DNA of 63,384 nucleotides, counting the filler, from Parasitella parasitica NRRL 2501 (lineage: Eukaryota; Fungi; Mucoromycota), in the NCBI GenBank assembly GCA_025201805.1. It is 7 parts of 7 records of this genome, joined end to end, with 100 filler letters (N's around TTAATTAATTAA, not from the genome) between each part and the next. Parts side by side here need not be neighbours in the genome. Positions count along the whole stretch, not along the records: positions 36,389 to 63,384 come from MU619372.1; 6 more parts are not named here. One strand, written 5' to 3'. A program made the position numbers and the translations under genes. This document shows positions 53,213-63,384 of the stretch, piece after piece. The stretch's first letter is position 1. Each line of letters opens with the position of its first letter. Under the pieces are notes generated by a model that saw only the letters and a list, made by a program, of their open reading frames with translations, was not told where the DNA came from and did no database searches.

Positions 53213-53430
53213 ATTGGTTTGACTCACAATATATCCCTTAAGCAAAAGATATTGCCCATTTGCACATGTTGGTAAACAAGATGAAAGAATAAAAGCCATG
53301 GATTCTATGTGAAATGAGATCTAGTAATGTCAAGTGGAATTGCGGCAAGATAGAAGGATTTCCATCCAAATAGATGGGCGACCATAAAGCATCTATCAAA
53401 AACTGATGGTTCTGGTTTGTATTGACTCAT
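53213..53430 (+). promoter_or_regulatory. ILV2 promoter: Gcn4/CpcA-type TGACTCA at 53220-53226 and 53423-53429, with adjacent ATTGG (CCAAT box)
   Basis: Two perfect consensus heptamers within 500 bp of the ATG at 53706. Confidence 0.6.
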
Positions 53431-53705
53431 TGCTTTTGATTCGCCGGCATAAAAGATGATTCGTCCTACATACGAACGTTAATTTTTTCTTTGACTCTAG
53501 ATCTTTTTTGATTGATTTGTATATAATTGAGATAATCATATTCTTCCTTGCTTCTCTTTTCCTTTTTTCTTTTTGTTTTCCATTGAATTTCTCAAGTAGA
53601 AAATTTAACCGCACTTCTTTGATTTAGTCATCTCCATAGCGGCCCATCTTACATTTTACCCTTTCTCTTTTTTTTTTCCAACTTATAATAACTACACATT
53701 AAGAA

Positions 53706-55923
53706 ATGCTTGCGTCTTCAACAGCGAGAAATTCTGCAAAATTATTCAGCTCATCATATCCTAGAGCCAGTCTTGGTCTTTATCGCCACCGAGCTGTTAT
53801 TGCTTGTGCTGGTATCCACACTACACACAAATCAAAGAGTGCCGTTGCCTCACCGTAAGTTTGCCCAATGCAATCGTATAAATAGCCAATTAACTCGGAT
53901 ATTATAGAACCATCTCACATTCAGAGCGCTCTGCTGTCGCTCTAGAAAAATCACCCAAGACGGTCTCGCCTCTCAGCAATAAAAAGTCTCAAGCTGTTGA
54001 AATGGATGATTCGTTTGTTGGTATGTCTGGTGGTGAAATCTTTCACGAAATGATGTTGAGACATGACGTTAAGCATGTCTTTGGCTACCCTGGTGGTGCC
54101 ATTCTGCCCGTTTTTGATGCTATTCACGAATCAGAGTATTTCAAATTCATTCTCCCTAGACATGAACAAGGTGCTGGACATATGGCTGAAGGTTATGCCA
54201 AAGCAACGTATGTTGATCTTTTTTCTATGATAACAATATTTTTTTTTTTTTTTTACTAATTAAATGCTGGTAGTGGTAAGCCTGGTGTTGTCCTTGTAAC
54301 ATCTGGTCCTGGTGCTACAAATGTTGTCACTGCCATGGCCGATGCTTTAGCTGACGGCGTCCCTCTTGTCGTCTTTTCTGGTCAAGTTCCTACCTCTGCT
54401 ATTGGTACAGATGCTTTTCAAGAAGGTATTTACGATTGTACAGAGTAATTTTGATTGGATCCCTAATCGTTTTTATAGCTGATGTCGTTGGTATCACCCG
54501 TAGCTGTTCAAAATGGAATGTCATGGTAAAGGATATTGCAGAACTTCCTCGTCGTATCAATGAAGCTTTCACCATTGCTACCAGTGGTCGCCCTGGTCCT
54601 GTTCTCGTTGATCTCCCCAAGGATGTCACCGCTGGTGTTCTTAAACGTCCTATTCCTACTAACGCATTGATCCCTCAGCGTCCCTCTACCATTCCCAACA
54701 CTGCTGTAGGCGCTTTCACTGAAGAAGCACGCTCTAAACCTCACCCTGTTTTATCTCGTGCCGCCGATTTGATCAACAACGCTAAAAGACCCGTCATTTT
54801 TGCTGGTAATGGAATTTTTGGCCATCCTGACGGTCCCAAGCTTTTGAGACAACTTGCCAACCATGGTAACATCCCTGTAACTACAACTCTTCACGGACTT
54901 GGCGCATATGATGAAATGGACCCTAAATCTCTCCATATGTTGGGTATGCATGGTTCAGGTTATGCCAACTTGGCTATGCAAAATGCTGATGTTATCATTG
55001 CTCTTGGTGCTCGTTTCGATGATCGTGTTACTGGGTCTATTCCTACTTTTGCTCCCGAAGCCGTCAAAGCTGCCAAAGAAGGCCGTGGTGGTATTCTTCA
55101 CTTTGAAATCATGCCCAAGAACATCAACAAGGTTATTGATGCTACTGAAGCTATTGAAGGTGATGTCACAGAGAATTTGAAGAAACTCGTTCCTCATATC
55201 AAGAGCACCCCTCGCAAAGAATGGCTTGATCAGATCACTACCTGGAAGAATGCCTATCCATTTTACTACGAAAAAACGACCAAGGATGACGAAAAACTGA
55301 AGCCTCAACAATTAATCGAGGAACTTGACCGTCAAACGAGAGATATCAAGGATAAGGTCACTATCACCACTGGCGTTGGTCAGCATCAAATGTGGACAGC
55401 CCAAATGTTTAGGTGGAATACCCCTCGTTCTCTTATCACGTCTGGTGGTCTCGGTACAATGGGTTACGGTCTTCCTGCTGCCATTGGTGCCAAAGTTGCT
55501 AAACCTGATAACATTGTCGTCGACATTGACGGCGACGCCTCTTTCTCTATGACAGCTATGGAATTAGCTACTGCAGCTGAATTCAACATTGGAGTAAAGG
55601 TATTGCTGCTGAATAACTCATTCCAAGGTATGGTGAAACAATGGCAAGATCTCTTTTATAAGGAAAGATACTCTGGCACCATTATGAAGAACCCTGATTT
55701 TGTCAAGCTTGCTGAAGCCATGGGTGTCAAGGGTATTCGTGTTACCAAGGCTTCTGAAGTCGAAGCAAAGATGAAGGAGTTCTTGGAGCACGATGGTCCT
55801 GTTATAATGGATGCTGTTGTCTGTAAAAAAGAAGTTCTTTACCCAATGGTTCCCGGTGGAAAGCCTTTGCATGAATTTATGCTTCACCCTACCATTGCTG
55901 CTCGCAACAAAAAGAAGGATTAA
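53706..55923 (+). CDS. ILV2: Acetolactate synthase catalytic subunit, mitochondrial; introns 53855-53907, 54208-54273, 54426-54478
   Basis: Presequence [18 protein letters not shown]..; [93 protein letters not shown] (ThDP motif), GMVKQWQ. Confidence 0.97.
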
Positions 55924-56136
55924 ACGATATTAGAATTTCAGTTTTATATCCATTCTCTCTTTCCTATGCTCTTCTCTATTTATAATCCTCACTTGGCGAC
56001 AACTAAAAATCCTTATTTTAAATCATTCTTTTTTGCATTTTACTATTTTTCTAACTATATAAATATGCCCAAAAAAACTGTAATTATAAACCAAAAATAA
56101 AAAAAAGGCTGCTTGCTTTCTTTTCGATACACTCAT

Positions 56137-56763
56137 TTATTTATTATTATTCTGCTTCCATGCTTCCAGCCATTGCTTGACTCGATCTGCATTACTTTCC
56201 ATGTCACCCACTGTGTTGCTTGGAAGTTCAATGACAATTTCTGGATCATAGGAATCCCGAGCTGTTTCCAAAACAACTTGCATAATTTCACATTCCATGT
56301 TTTCCCCTATCTTGGCTTTGTTATATCCTCTGAAATAAAGATTAATATGCAAGTAGAAAATCCCATATCAAAATTCACCTTTTTTCCATACGATCGTACA
56401 AAGGCTCTGTGTCGGTACGAAGCACCAATACAAGATCAAACCATCTCTCAGGAAATATCTGGCAAGTGTGAAAATCTACAATTTTACCACCATTTTTTAG
56501 CATCTCTTCCAATTCATCCAAGAGCTACAGAGTTCATTAGATTTAGTGTCGACTGTAGAAGCTTTAGTCAAATGTACCTTGTCTTCATCTAATTCATAAG
56601 TATCATATTTTTCAATGTACTCTCCATGTAGCATCTTTGACTTCACGATTTCACCAACATCGATATGCTCTAATTCACAAATTTCTGCAATGGCTTGGGC
56701 GGTAGTTGTCTTACCAGTACCAGGAGTGCCGGTAACCAGGACATTGGGCAGAGAGCGTTCCAT
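56137..56763 (-). CDS. FAP7: Adenylate kinase 6 / Fap7 (hCINAP), 3 exons
   Basis: PNVLVTGTPGTGKTT, LDEDK/LLDELE, DFHTC..FPERWFDL.LVLR, ENMECEIMQVVLETARDSY. Confidence 0.92.
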
Positions 56764-57201
56764 TGTGGTATTTAAGTCAGAAAATGGAGATTGACAGAAA
56801 AAATTTTCATCTGCAAAGGACATCAGGAATGAATATTAAGGGTCCGAATTTGCCAACTCTTTGAGCAGCACAACAGCATCGCCCGTTATAGCTGTCTGCA
56901 GAGACATACAGTCATTTTGCAGTTTCTAAAAAAAAAAGTTCAATTAAATGATAAAGTTCATGGTGATCGTAATAATATATATTAGTGTTTCTGCTAAGAA
57001 ACCTTTTATCTCTGATAAAAGCTAAGAAGTTTCTGAGAGATGAGAAATGTCTTCCTGAAGATTTCAAGTGTCGATAGTTGAAATTAATGCGTTGTTGTTT
57101 TTGGTTTCGGAGGGCGTAATCTGATATAAAAGTTTATAAAAATCAGAAGATTGTTTGAACCTGTCAATTATTACAGTTTCCTTTTGATATTTTATTTTGA
57201 A

Positions 57202-58428
57202 TTAGACACTACGTTTATTATCCATTTTTTTCCAGCGATTGTATGTATTCTTGAGACTAAAATGGGTGGAGTAATTTTTGAAATAGCCTTTGCGGCGGCC
57301 ATCACGATAGCAAGTTTGCCAATTCATCCTATCGTCCCCAATTTGTTCCATGTAATCCTCAATATACCGCCAATTTTTGCTGCTCTCTTCGGCGGTTGCA
57401 GAATCGTTGATTGATGATGGCTGTTCAGATGGGATGGTTCGCAGGTGAGATGAAGTTTCTGGAATGCTGTTTGTTGGCGACGGGCTTCTTGATTCATGGG
57501 CAGATGAGGTGGTAGACAGTGGTATAGGTGATGATGATCCACTTGATACGAATTTGCGCTTGCATGTTCTTAAGAAAGTCATCCCCTCCTTCAAATAATC
57601 GATAGTTCGCTTCTTCGTGTTAGTATCCTGGACATCGTCGTCAAGCATGTCTATGGCCTTGTGATATCGCGATTCTGCATCTTCAATGACACGTAAAAGG
57701 CAACCTGCCACTGATTCATTCATCGTAATCTGATTTTGAAAAATGTGCTTTGCGTTGGAGTATAAATGCTGAATAAAGGGATCACGATGATGAGCGTGAT
57801 CGGCCAAGGATTGCCTCTGTTCGATGAAAAATGAGCCAAGAGCGACAATTGGATCCAATGGTGTGTTCTCCATATGCGAAGAGATTGATTCTTTGCACAG
57901 GATGTAACACTGATTTGCCCAAGGATAGCATGGCATCTTGAAAAAAAATGGCTTTGACTTGTTCTTGGTTGCTTTGTTCATAATCTGGCTACTGCATTCG
58001 TGTATGGCAACTACAAGAACGACAGGTGATACACCATATTCAGTGACAATTTCTTCACAGTATCGCACAACACGGTGCAGGAAATTGTTGTCAACAGCGT
58101 ATTGTATTTCGACGAGTACAGGTGGCATATCTTTTGAGTTATTAGTGGCATACAAGACATCAGACTTCGTTCCGTTTGCCCATTCAGTGAGTCTTGGCCT
58201 ATACTGGTCAATGGCCTTTCGACCTGATACAAAAAAATAGGAAGAGCAAGTTAGTGTACAATGAATGACTTCCAGTAGAGCAGGTAGGAACTTACCAATC
58301 ACTGCTTCAATGATGGCGCTTTTCACTTCATCGTTCTGTAAAATGTGTTTGTTCATTAGATCTGTTCCGGGACGGTTGGCAAACAAAGGCAAAGAGAAGA
58401 GCGCATCGGTTTCACCCTCTCTTGTCAT
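57202..58428 (-). CDS. Uncharacterised protein with PD-(D/E)XK / Rpn-like nuclease motif; in-frame 72-bp intron 58224-58295
   Basis: ATG at 58428 (MTREGETD); GTAAG..CTAAC..CAG intron; motif KSDVLY-x9-PVLVEIQ-x6-FLHRVVRY; Ser-rich linker; small Trp/Tyr-rich basic C-terminal domain. Confidence 0.65.
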   Translation of the reverse strand: MTREGETDALFSLPLFANRPGTDLMNKHILQNDEVKSAIIEAVIGKFLPALLEVIHCTLTCSSYFFVSGRKAIDQYRPRLTEWANGTKSDVLYATNNSKDMPPVLVEIQYAVDNNFLHRVVRYCEEIVTEYGVSPVVLVVAIHECSSQIMNKATKNKSKPFFFKMPCYPWANQCYILCKESISSHMENTPLDPIVALGSFFIEQRQSLADHAHHRDPFIQHLYSNAKHIFQNQITMNESVAGCLLRVIEDAESRYHKAIDMLDDDVQDTNTKKRTIDYLKEGMTFLRTCKRKFVSSGSSSPIPLSTTSSAHESRSPSPTNSIPETSSHLRTIPSEQPSSINDSATAEESSKNWRYIEDYMEQIGDDRMNWQTCYRDGRRKGYFKNYSTHFSLKNTYNRWKKMDNKRSV

Positions 58429-58804
58429 GACGAAAAAAACTGTTGTCGACAAGGTTAGAAAAATAAAGTTATCGACCACAACCCTTTGGGGGTTTTTTTA
58501 AAGAAGGCGGCTTCTCATTGGCTACCATATCTTGCCGACAACAGCGATATCGGCGATTGTTAAGAGTCCCTGGAAGAGAACTGTAGTTTATCTTCAACCT
58601 TACTCTCCGTTCCTGAATCCAATTAAAGGTTTTTGATCAAGTCAACAGACACACTTACACCCAGAATCACAGATGTTTGTCGATTGACAACCGTAACCTT
58701 TTTTAAAGACCACCTTGACCTGAAAAATATAATGTAGATGGCTTATTTCACAACACATTCTCTTAATATTTAAACAAAACATTTACTCTTTTTCTATAAA
58801 TATA

Positions 58805-59495
58805 GACCAGCAATCATGGGTGTGGTCAAGACGATTTTCTTTAGAAACATTGCCCAGCTCTTGCAAGTTAAGAAGAATAAATCCTGCATATGGGCCACGC
58901 ACGTTTACAACGCTATTGAATGCTATAGTTTGCTTTATCCTGTCAGAACAAAACGAGACAGAGTTTATAGAAATACTAAACAAAGTTTGTTTAGAGGTAT
59001 TTTGACGAAGATATCATTAAATTCATAAATCAAAGGACAGTTTACAAGAAAATCCTGCTGTTAAACTGCTTGCGCTTATACACAACACGAGAAAGGCTTA
59101 AAAATGCCAATGAAAGATATTTCAAAGACTTTCCAAGCAAAGAAGTAAAATCCAAGACTATTGATGCTTTTGTAGGTACTTCTGGCATTGCAAGAAAAGC
59201 GTTAAAAGAGAAACGTCTTCTAGAAGATTTATGTTTGAAAGTCGGTATACCTGCAATGCTATTACAAAATATGAGTATCAGGCTGAGCTGGGTGAATGGA
59301 ACCATTGTGTGTGTTGTAGAAGTAGATGAGGATAATATGCGTTTGATAAAGTTTTCTGACAATGATAAAGAGCATATTTGCATCCACAATACACAAAGCA
59401 CAAAGTGCAACTATCGATTGTGTTGGGATATTCCTCGACAGCATGTTAACCCACGGTCAGCTCTACGTTGCGATGTCAAGGGTCAAAAAGGCCTC
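58805..59495 (+). pseudogene. Degenerate C-terminal half of PIF1-family (Helitron-type) helicase
   Basis: PAIMGVVKTIFF..IAQLL, LYPVR, LRLYTTRE, LCLKVGIPAMLLQNM..WVNGT, FASTIHKAQSATID, HGQLYVAMSRVK; frameshifted. Confidence 0.8.
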
Positions 59496-61656
59496 TAACC
59501 TGTTAGAATTGCAAAACCCAAACAGAGACTTAATAAAGAAATATTCAATGTTTTTAATTTACACTTGCTAAATTCTTGTCCTTCTTACTTTTTGTAGTCT
59601 TTATTTTTTTTCCTTCCTTTTACAATTCAATCAAAATTACTTTCCTCAATTTATTCGATCTAAAAAAGCTAAACGCATTACATGAAAGAACATCCGTAAA
59701 AATGATATGAACAAGGCACAACAATCAATGCGGCCACAAAGTACTTCATAGAAGGTATTTATTGGATCCCTCTACCGGATATGTACGCTAATAAGTCTTA
59801 TTTATGTCTTTGGGACTTCATAAATTTCTATATAGATAATTTTTCATGAATGGGTGTGTTATCCTGGTGGCAGATTGTTTCATTTTCTCTGGCCTTTTTT
59901 TATACCCTCAGTTGATTTGGCGTTCTATATCCAGTTGCACATTAGAACAGCTAGCCAAACATGTGCCATTTTTTTATGATATTGGAATGGTTCAAAAGTG
60001 TGCGCCTTTGCAAAACCATATAAAATTTTAAGCGCCTAATTTTTTTTTTTTTTTTTTTTTTTTTTTGTCTGCGCAAACTTCATGTGTTATTGTCAGAAAA
60101 AAGACAAAAATTGTAACAAAACAATATTCAGCAATCTCAAACACAAAAACAAGTAATTCAAAGTGATGTATTAGACTATAAGGCACCTTTTGAGTGCATT
60201 TCTGCATAGCTTGGAGCAAGTGTTTTGTACTTTTTAAGTCGACATCAGATACAGGGAACGACTTTTCTGACTTTTTTTTTTTTTTTGGAAAAGTACTTTT
60301 CAAAATCGGAGCGTGTGATCGTCAGGCCAGGTACAGACATGCAAGTTCTACTATTATAGAGCCAAGAAGTACACCATTTACCAAAATAGGTTGCGATTGT
60401 TTTCTTCTTGAATTGGGTAAGCTATGGCTTCTCAAAGCTAATGCTTTCTTGGAAAATATACCATTTTTCTTTGATGGCGGAGATTAAACGCGTCCAAAAC
60501 CAGGAAAAAAAATTCTTTCAGAAACTCAATTTGGACATTTCGAAACCAAAATTACTCTTTTGAGGCAAGATATCATCTTCTGATACTATGCATACCACGG
60601 CTGTCAGTCTATGGTAATAGCTGTATTTTTGGGCCCTCTACACAATGGTGTCATTTTCATAATCCCCGTATGCTTGTGGAAGAAGTTCTGTCTAGAAAAC
60701 CTCAAGAACAGATCAAGAGGAAAAAGTCAATATTTTGCTTAAAGAGAGCGCATTTCCAGTCTTTCAGATCAAGAAATGACCTTTTACGATCATTTTCCTC
60801 TAATATATGATATAGTAAAAAGTTGCATTTTTGGGGTCAAAATCGAGGATAATGCGTAATCGACAATTTTGGATGTGTGGATACAAGGAAAAAATCGAAA
60901 AAATCCGTGATTTTGCATTGAAAAAAAAATCATGCTCAAATTGCACCAAAATCATATATAATATAGTCCTTTCCCAATGGATACTATTTCCGATGTTTCT
61001 AGGGCACTTTCGAATATGAAAATCAATCAAAAAATGGCACATAAAGCTAAAGTTCTTGCTTTTAAGCTGTAAAAAAACATCTATATGGAGATGATATCAC
61101 GTCAATATCAATTCTAGTACATACCACAGCTTTATAAAGAAAGTATTTTCGATGCTACAAGTATACCTTTCTTCATAGTAAAACGATAAAACAGGTGTGG
61201 CTCATCTTCTCTCAGCTTTTATCAGAAAAAGAAGGCTTGTTATCAGAAAACCTCATATATATTATGACATTTATCATTTACTTGAACTTTTTTTTTCAGA
61301 AACCATAAAACAACTGCGTATAAACAAGGTATCTCATTTAAAAACTTTGCAAAGTACTTTGCTCGTTTTCGAATGAAGTCAGCAGCGTTATCTGTAGAAA
61401 TGCGAGGGCCGCGACCTGCTTGACTTCCGAACCCGCCGAATGTTGATTCAGCGAACGTGGCTCGACGGTTTGAAGATGAAGCAGGAATTTCAATGCTCAC
61501 GCACACACAGACCGTGTCTTGGCCTGTTTGGCTGTGACATCATTTGCATTCATTTAAGGCGGGACTGAAACAGGTCTCTTTTCTTCTTTGCTTTTGGAAT
61601 TCCTCTTTTCCCTTCCTCTTTACTCTACGCACATAAAGCTTGAATTTTGACAAAAA

Positions 61657-63078
61657 ATGTCGATGGCTGTAAGGAAGAGAATAAGCAAAATGCTACATGA
61701 CGAAATTTACATGTAATTTTTTTTTGTCGTAGAGTCTCTTTGGTTTATCTACTCCAGTAGATATGGAAGTTATCTTTTCGAATGAAGAACAGAGAAAGCA
61801 TATGGAAGTCAAAGTCGAGAAAGACAAAAAGGAAAATTATCCCGTCTTTCTCGATGGGGAAACAGTTACTGGAAAGGTAATTAATCCTTATGTTAATCAC
61901 TTGTTGAAGGAATGAGTCATTCAATATGTTTTGTAGGTCAATATTAGCCTAAGAGATGGGAAAAAACTGGAGCATAATGGTATCAAAGTTGAATTCGTTG
62001 GTAGCATAGGTAAGCCTGATTATTGGGAGAGGTCAAAGGACAGTGAATTCATCAGAACATCTAGAGCTCTTTTACGACAAAGGAAAATCACACGAGTTTT
62101 TGACTTTATCTCAGGAACTTGCTGCTCCTGGTGAGTTGCGTCAAAATGCAGTCTTTGAATTTGAATTCAAGAATGTTGAAAAACAATATGAATGTTATAA
62201 CGGTATCAATGTAAAACTCAGGTAAGTTGCTGTGTTGGAGCATCTAGTTCAAAACTTTACTCAAAGATGTGGTTGATACAATACAACTCAGATATTTTGT
62301 TCGTGTCACTATTGCTCGCCGCTTAGCAGATTTAATTCGTGAAAGGGATATGTGGGTAAACTCTTATAGAATGCCTGTCGAAGTGAACAATTCGATCAAA
62401 ATGGAAGTCGGTATCGAAGATTGTCTTCACATTGAATTTGAATATAACAAATCAAAGCAAGTGTCATTTTTGTGTCTATAAGAACGATTTTTTTTTTCTA
62501 ATGTGCTCTCTTGTAGATATCATTTGAAGGATGTCATTGTTGGAAAGATTTATTTTCTGCTGGTTCGTATTAAAATTAAAACTATGGAACTCTCCATCAT
62601 TAGACGTGAAACAACTGGCGCTCGTAAGTTCATGCAGTAATTTTATGTCTAAAATGCGGAAACCTTATCCAATTCATGAAAATAGTACCCAATGTATATA
62701 ACGAAAGCGAAACCATAACCAAGTTTGAAATTATGGATGGAGCACCTGTTCGAGGTTGGTAGAACGATAAAAGGAGCTATTGATAATTAAGCGATTTACT
62801 GAAGCTTGGATTTTTTATTGTAGGCGAGACTATTCCAATTCGTCTTTTCCTTGGCGGTTTTGAACTAACACCTACATTCAGAGGTTTGTTTAAAATGCGA
62901 TTAATACACGGCTCAAGATATTGATCTTTCTCTGACAGATATAAACAAAAAATTCTCGACAAGATACTACCTGAATCTAGTTTTGATTGACGAAGAAAAC
63001 CGCCGTTACTTTAAACAACAAGAGATTACATTGTTTAGACGAAAGGGTAACGAACTGAACAATATGAACTACAATTGA
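61657..63078 (+). CDS. VPS26: Retromer subunit Vps26, many short introns
   Basis: DGETVTGK/..KDGKKLEHNGIKVEFVGSI/ELFYD..ELAAPGEL..FEFKNVEKQYECYNGINVKL/..NNSIKMEVGIEDCLHIEFEYNKSK/YHLKDVIVGKIYFLLVRIKIK..MELSIIRRE/FEIMDGAPVRG/ETIPIRLFL..LIDEENRRYFKQQEI. Confidence 0.95.
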
Positions 63079-63384
63079 AAATTCTCTAATGATTCTAAAT
63101 ATTTAGTTGACGATGGTTATCCTCCTGATGATGAAGAGTAGATTGGAAGACTATGACAAAAAGGATCATATGCCACTCAATCAGTAAAAAAAAAATGAAA
63201 CTGTTTTCAATGTACCCATACAGTAGTATATATCATCTCATTCCTATTATATTTAAACGTTTAAATTTCTGTCACTCCACTTTTAACAATTCTACTTGAT
63301 CTTACATCTTCATGGTGTTATTATTTTGCTTTGAACCTTCTCACTATTCCCTATATAAATGTATTTTTTTTTTTTTTTTTTTTT

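Noticed and set aside
47161-55923. BCAA cluster as a horizontally acquired bacterial ilv-leu operon or self-resistance genes of a toxin cluster
   Set aside because: The genes have spliceosomal introns, mitochondrial presequences, fungal-type sequences and mixed orientation. No PKS/NRPS/terpene synthase is present in the window.
27000-56000. Numerous antisense/alternate-frame ORFs overlapping chitin synthase, the 1093-aa ORF, LEU2, ILV5 and ILV2
   Set aside because: Shadow ORFs expected from codon bias in GC-richer coding DNA; no motifs.
61395-61445. SRP RNA helix 8-like sequence (..GGAAGTCAAGCAGGTC on minus strand)
   Set aside because: The complementary 5' arm with the conserved CAGG bulge is not present; insufficient support.

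Overview
Eukaryotic, AT-rich, intron-containing fungal DNA, most consistent with a Mucorales (Mucoromycota) scaffold. It has six 100-bp assembly gaps carrying an artificial TTAATTAATTAA linker. The first ~16 kb is a gene-poor transposon graveyard: a LINE RT fragment, LTR-like repeats, a Gypsy gag relic, a Helitron-type PIF1 fragment, and an LTR-element 3' end sitting 11 bp upstream of an initiator tRNA-Met gene. 16.8-35 kb is a compact housekeeping block: SVF1, TRM11, RMP1-like, bHLH factor, PCT1, UBC6/UBE2J1, a myosin-motor chitin synthase, and a divergently transcribed secreted adhesin-like protein with an acidic/His tail. 35-42 kb is a second repeat/Helitron patch, followed by a large repeat-containing hydrophilic protein. 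The stand-out feature is a physical cluster of three branched-chain amino-acid biosynthesis genes (LEU2, ILV5, ILV2; 47.2-55.9 kb). Their promoters carry Gcn4/CpcA-type TGA(C/G)TCA sites, and ILV5/ILV2 share a collinear set of further motifs. The window ends with AK6/FAP7, an intron-containing Rpn/PD-(D/E)XK-like nuclease gene beside a second PIF1 fragment, and VPS26. Exon boundaries were inferred by eye from GT-AG signals and frame continuity; no searches were run.
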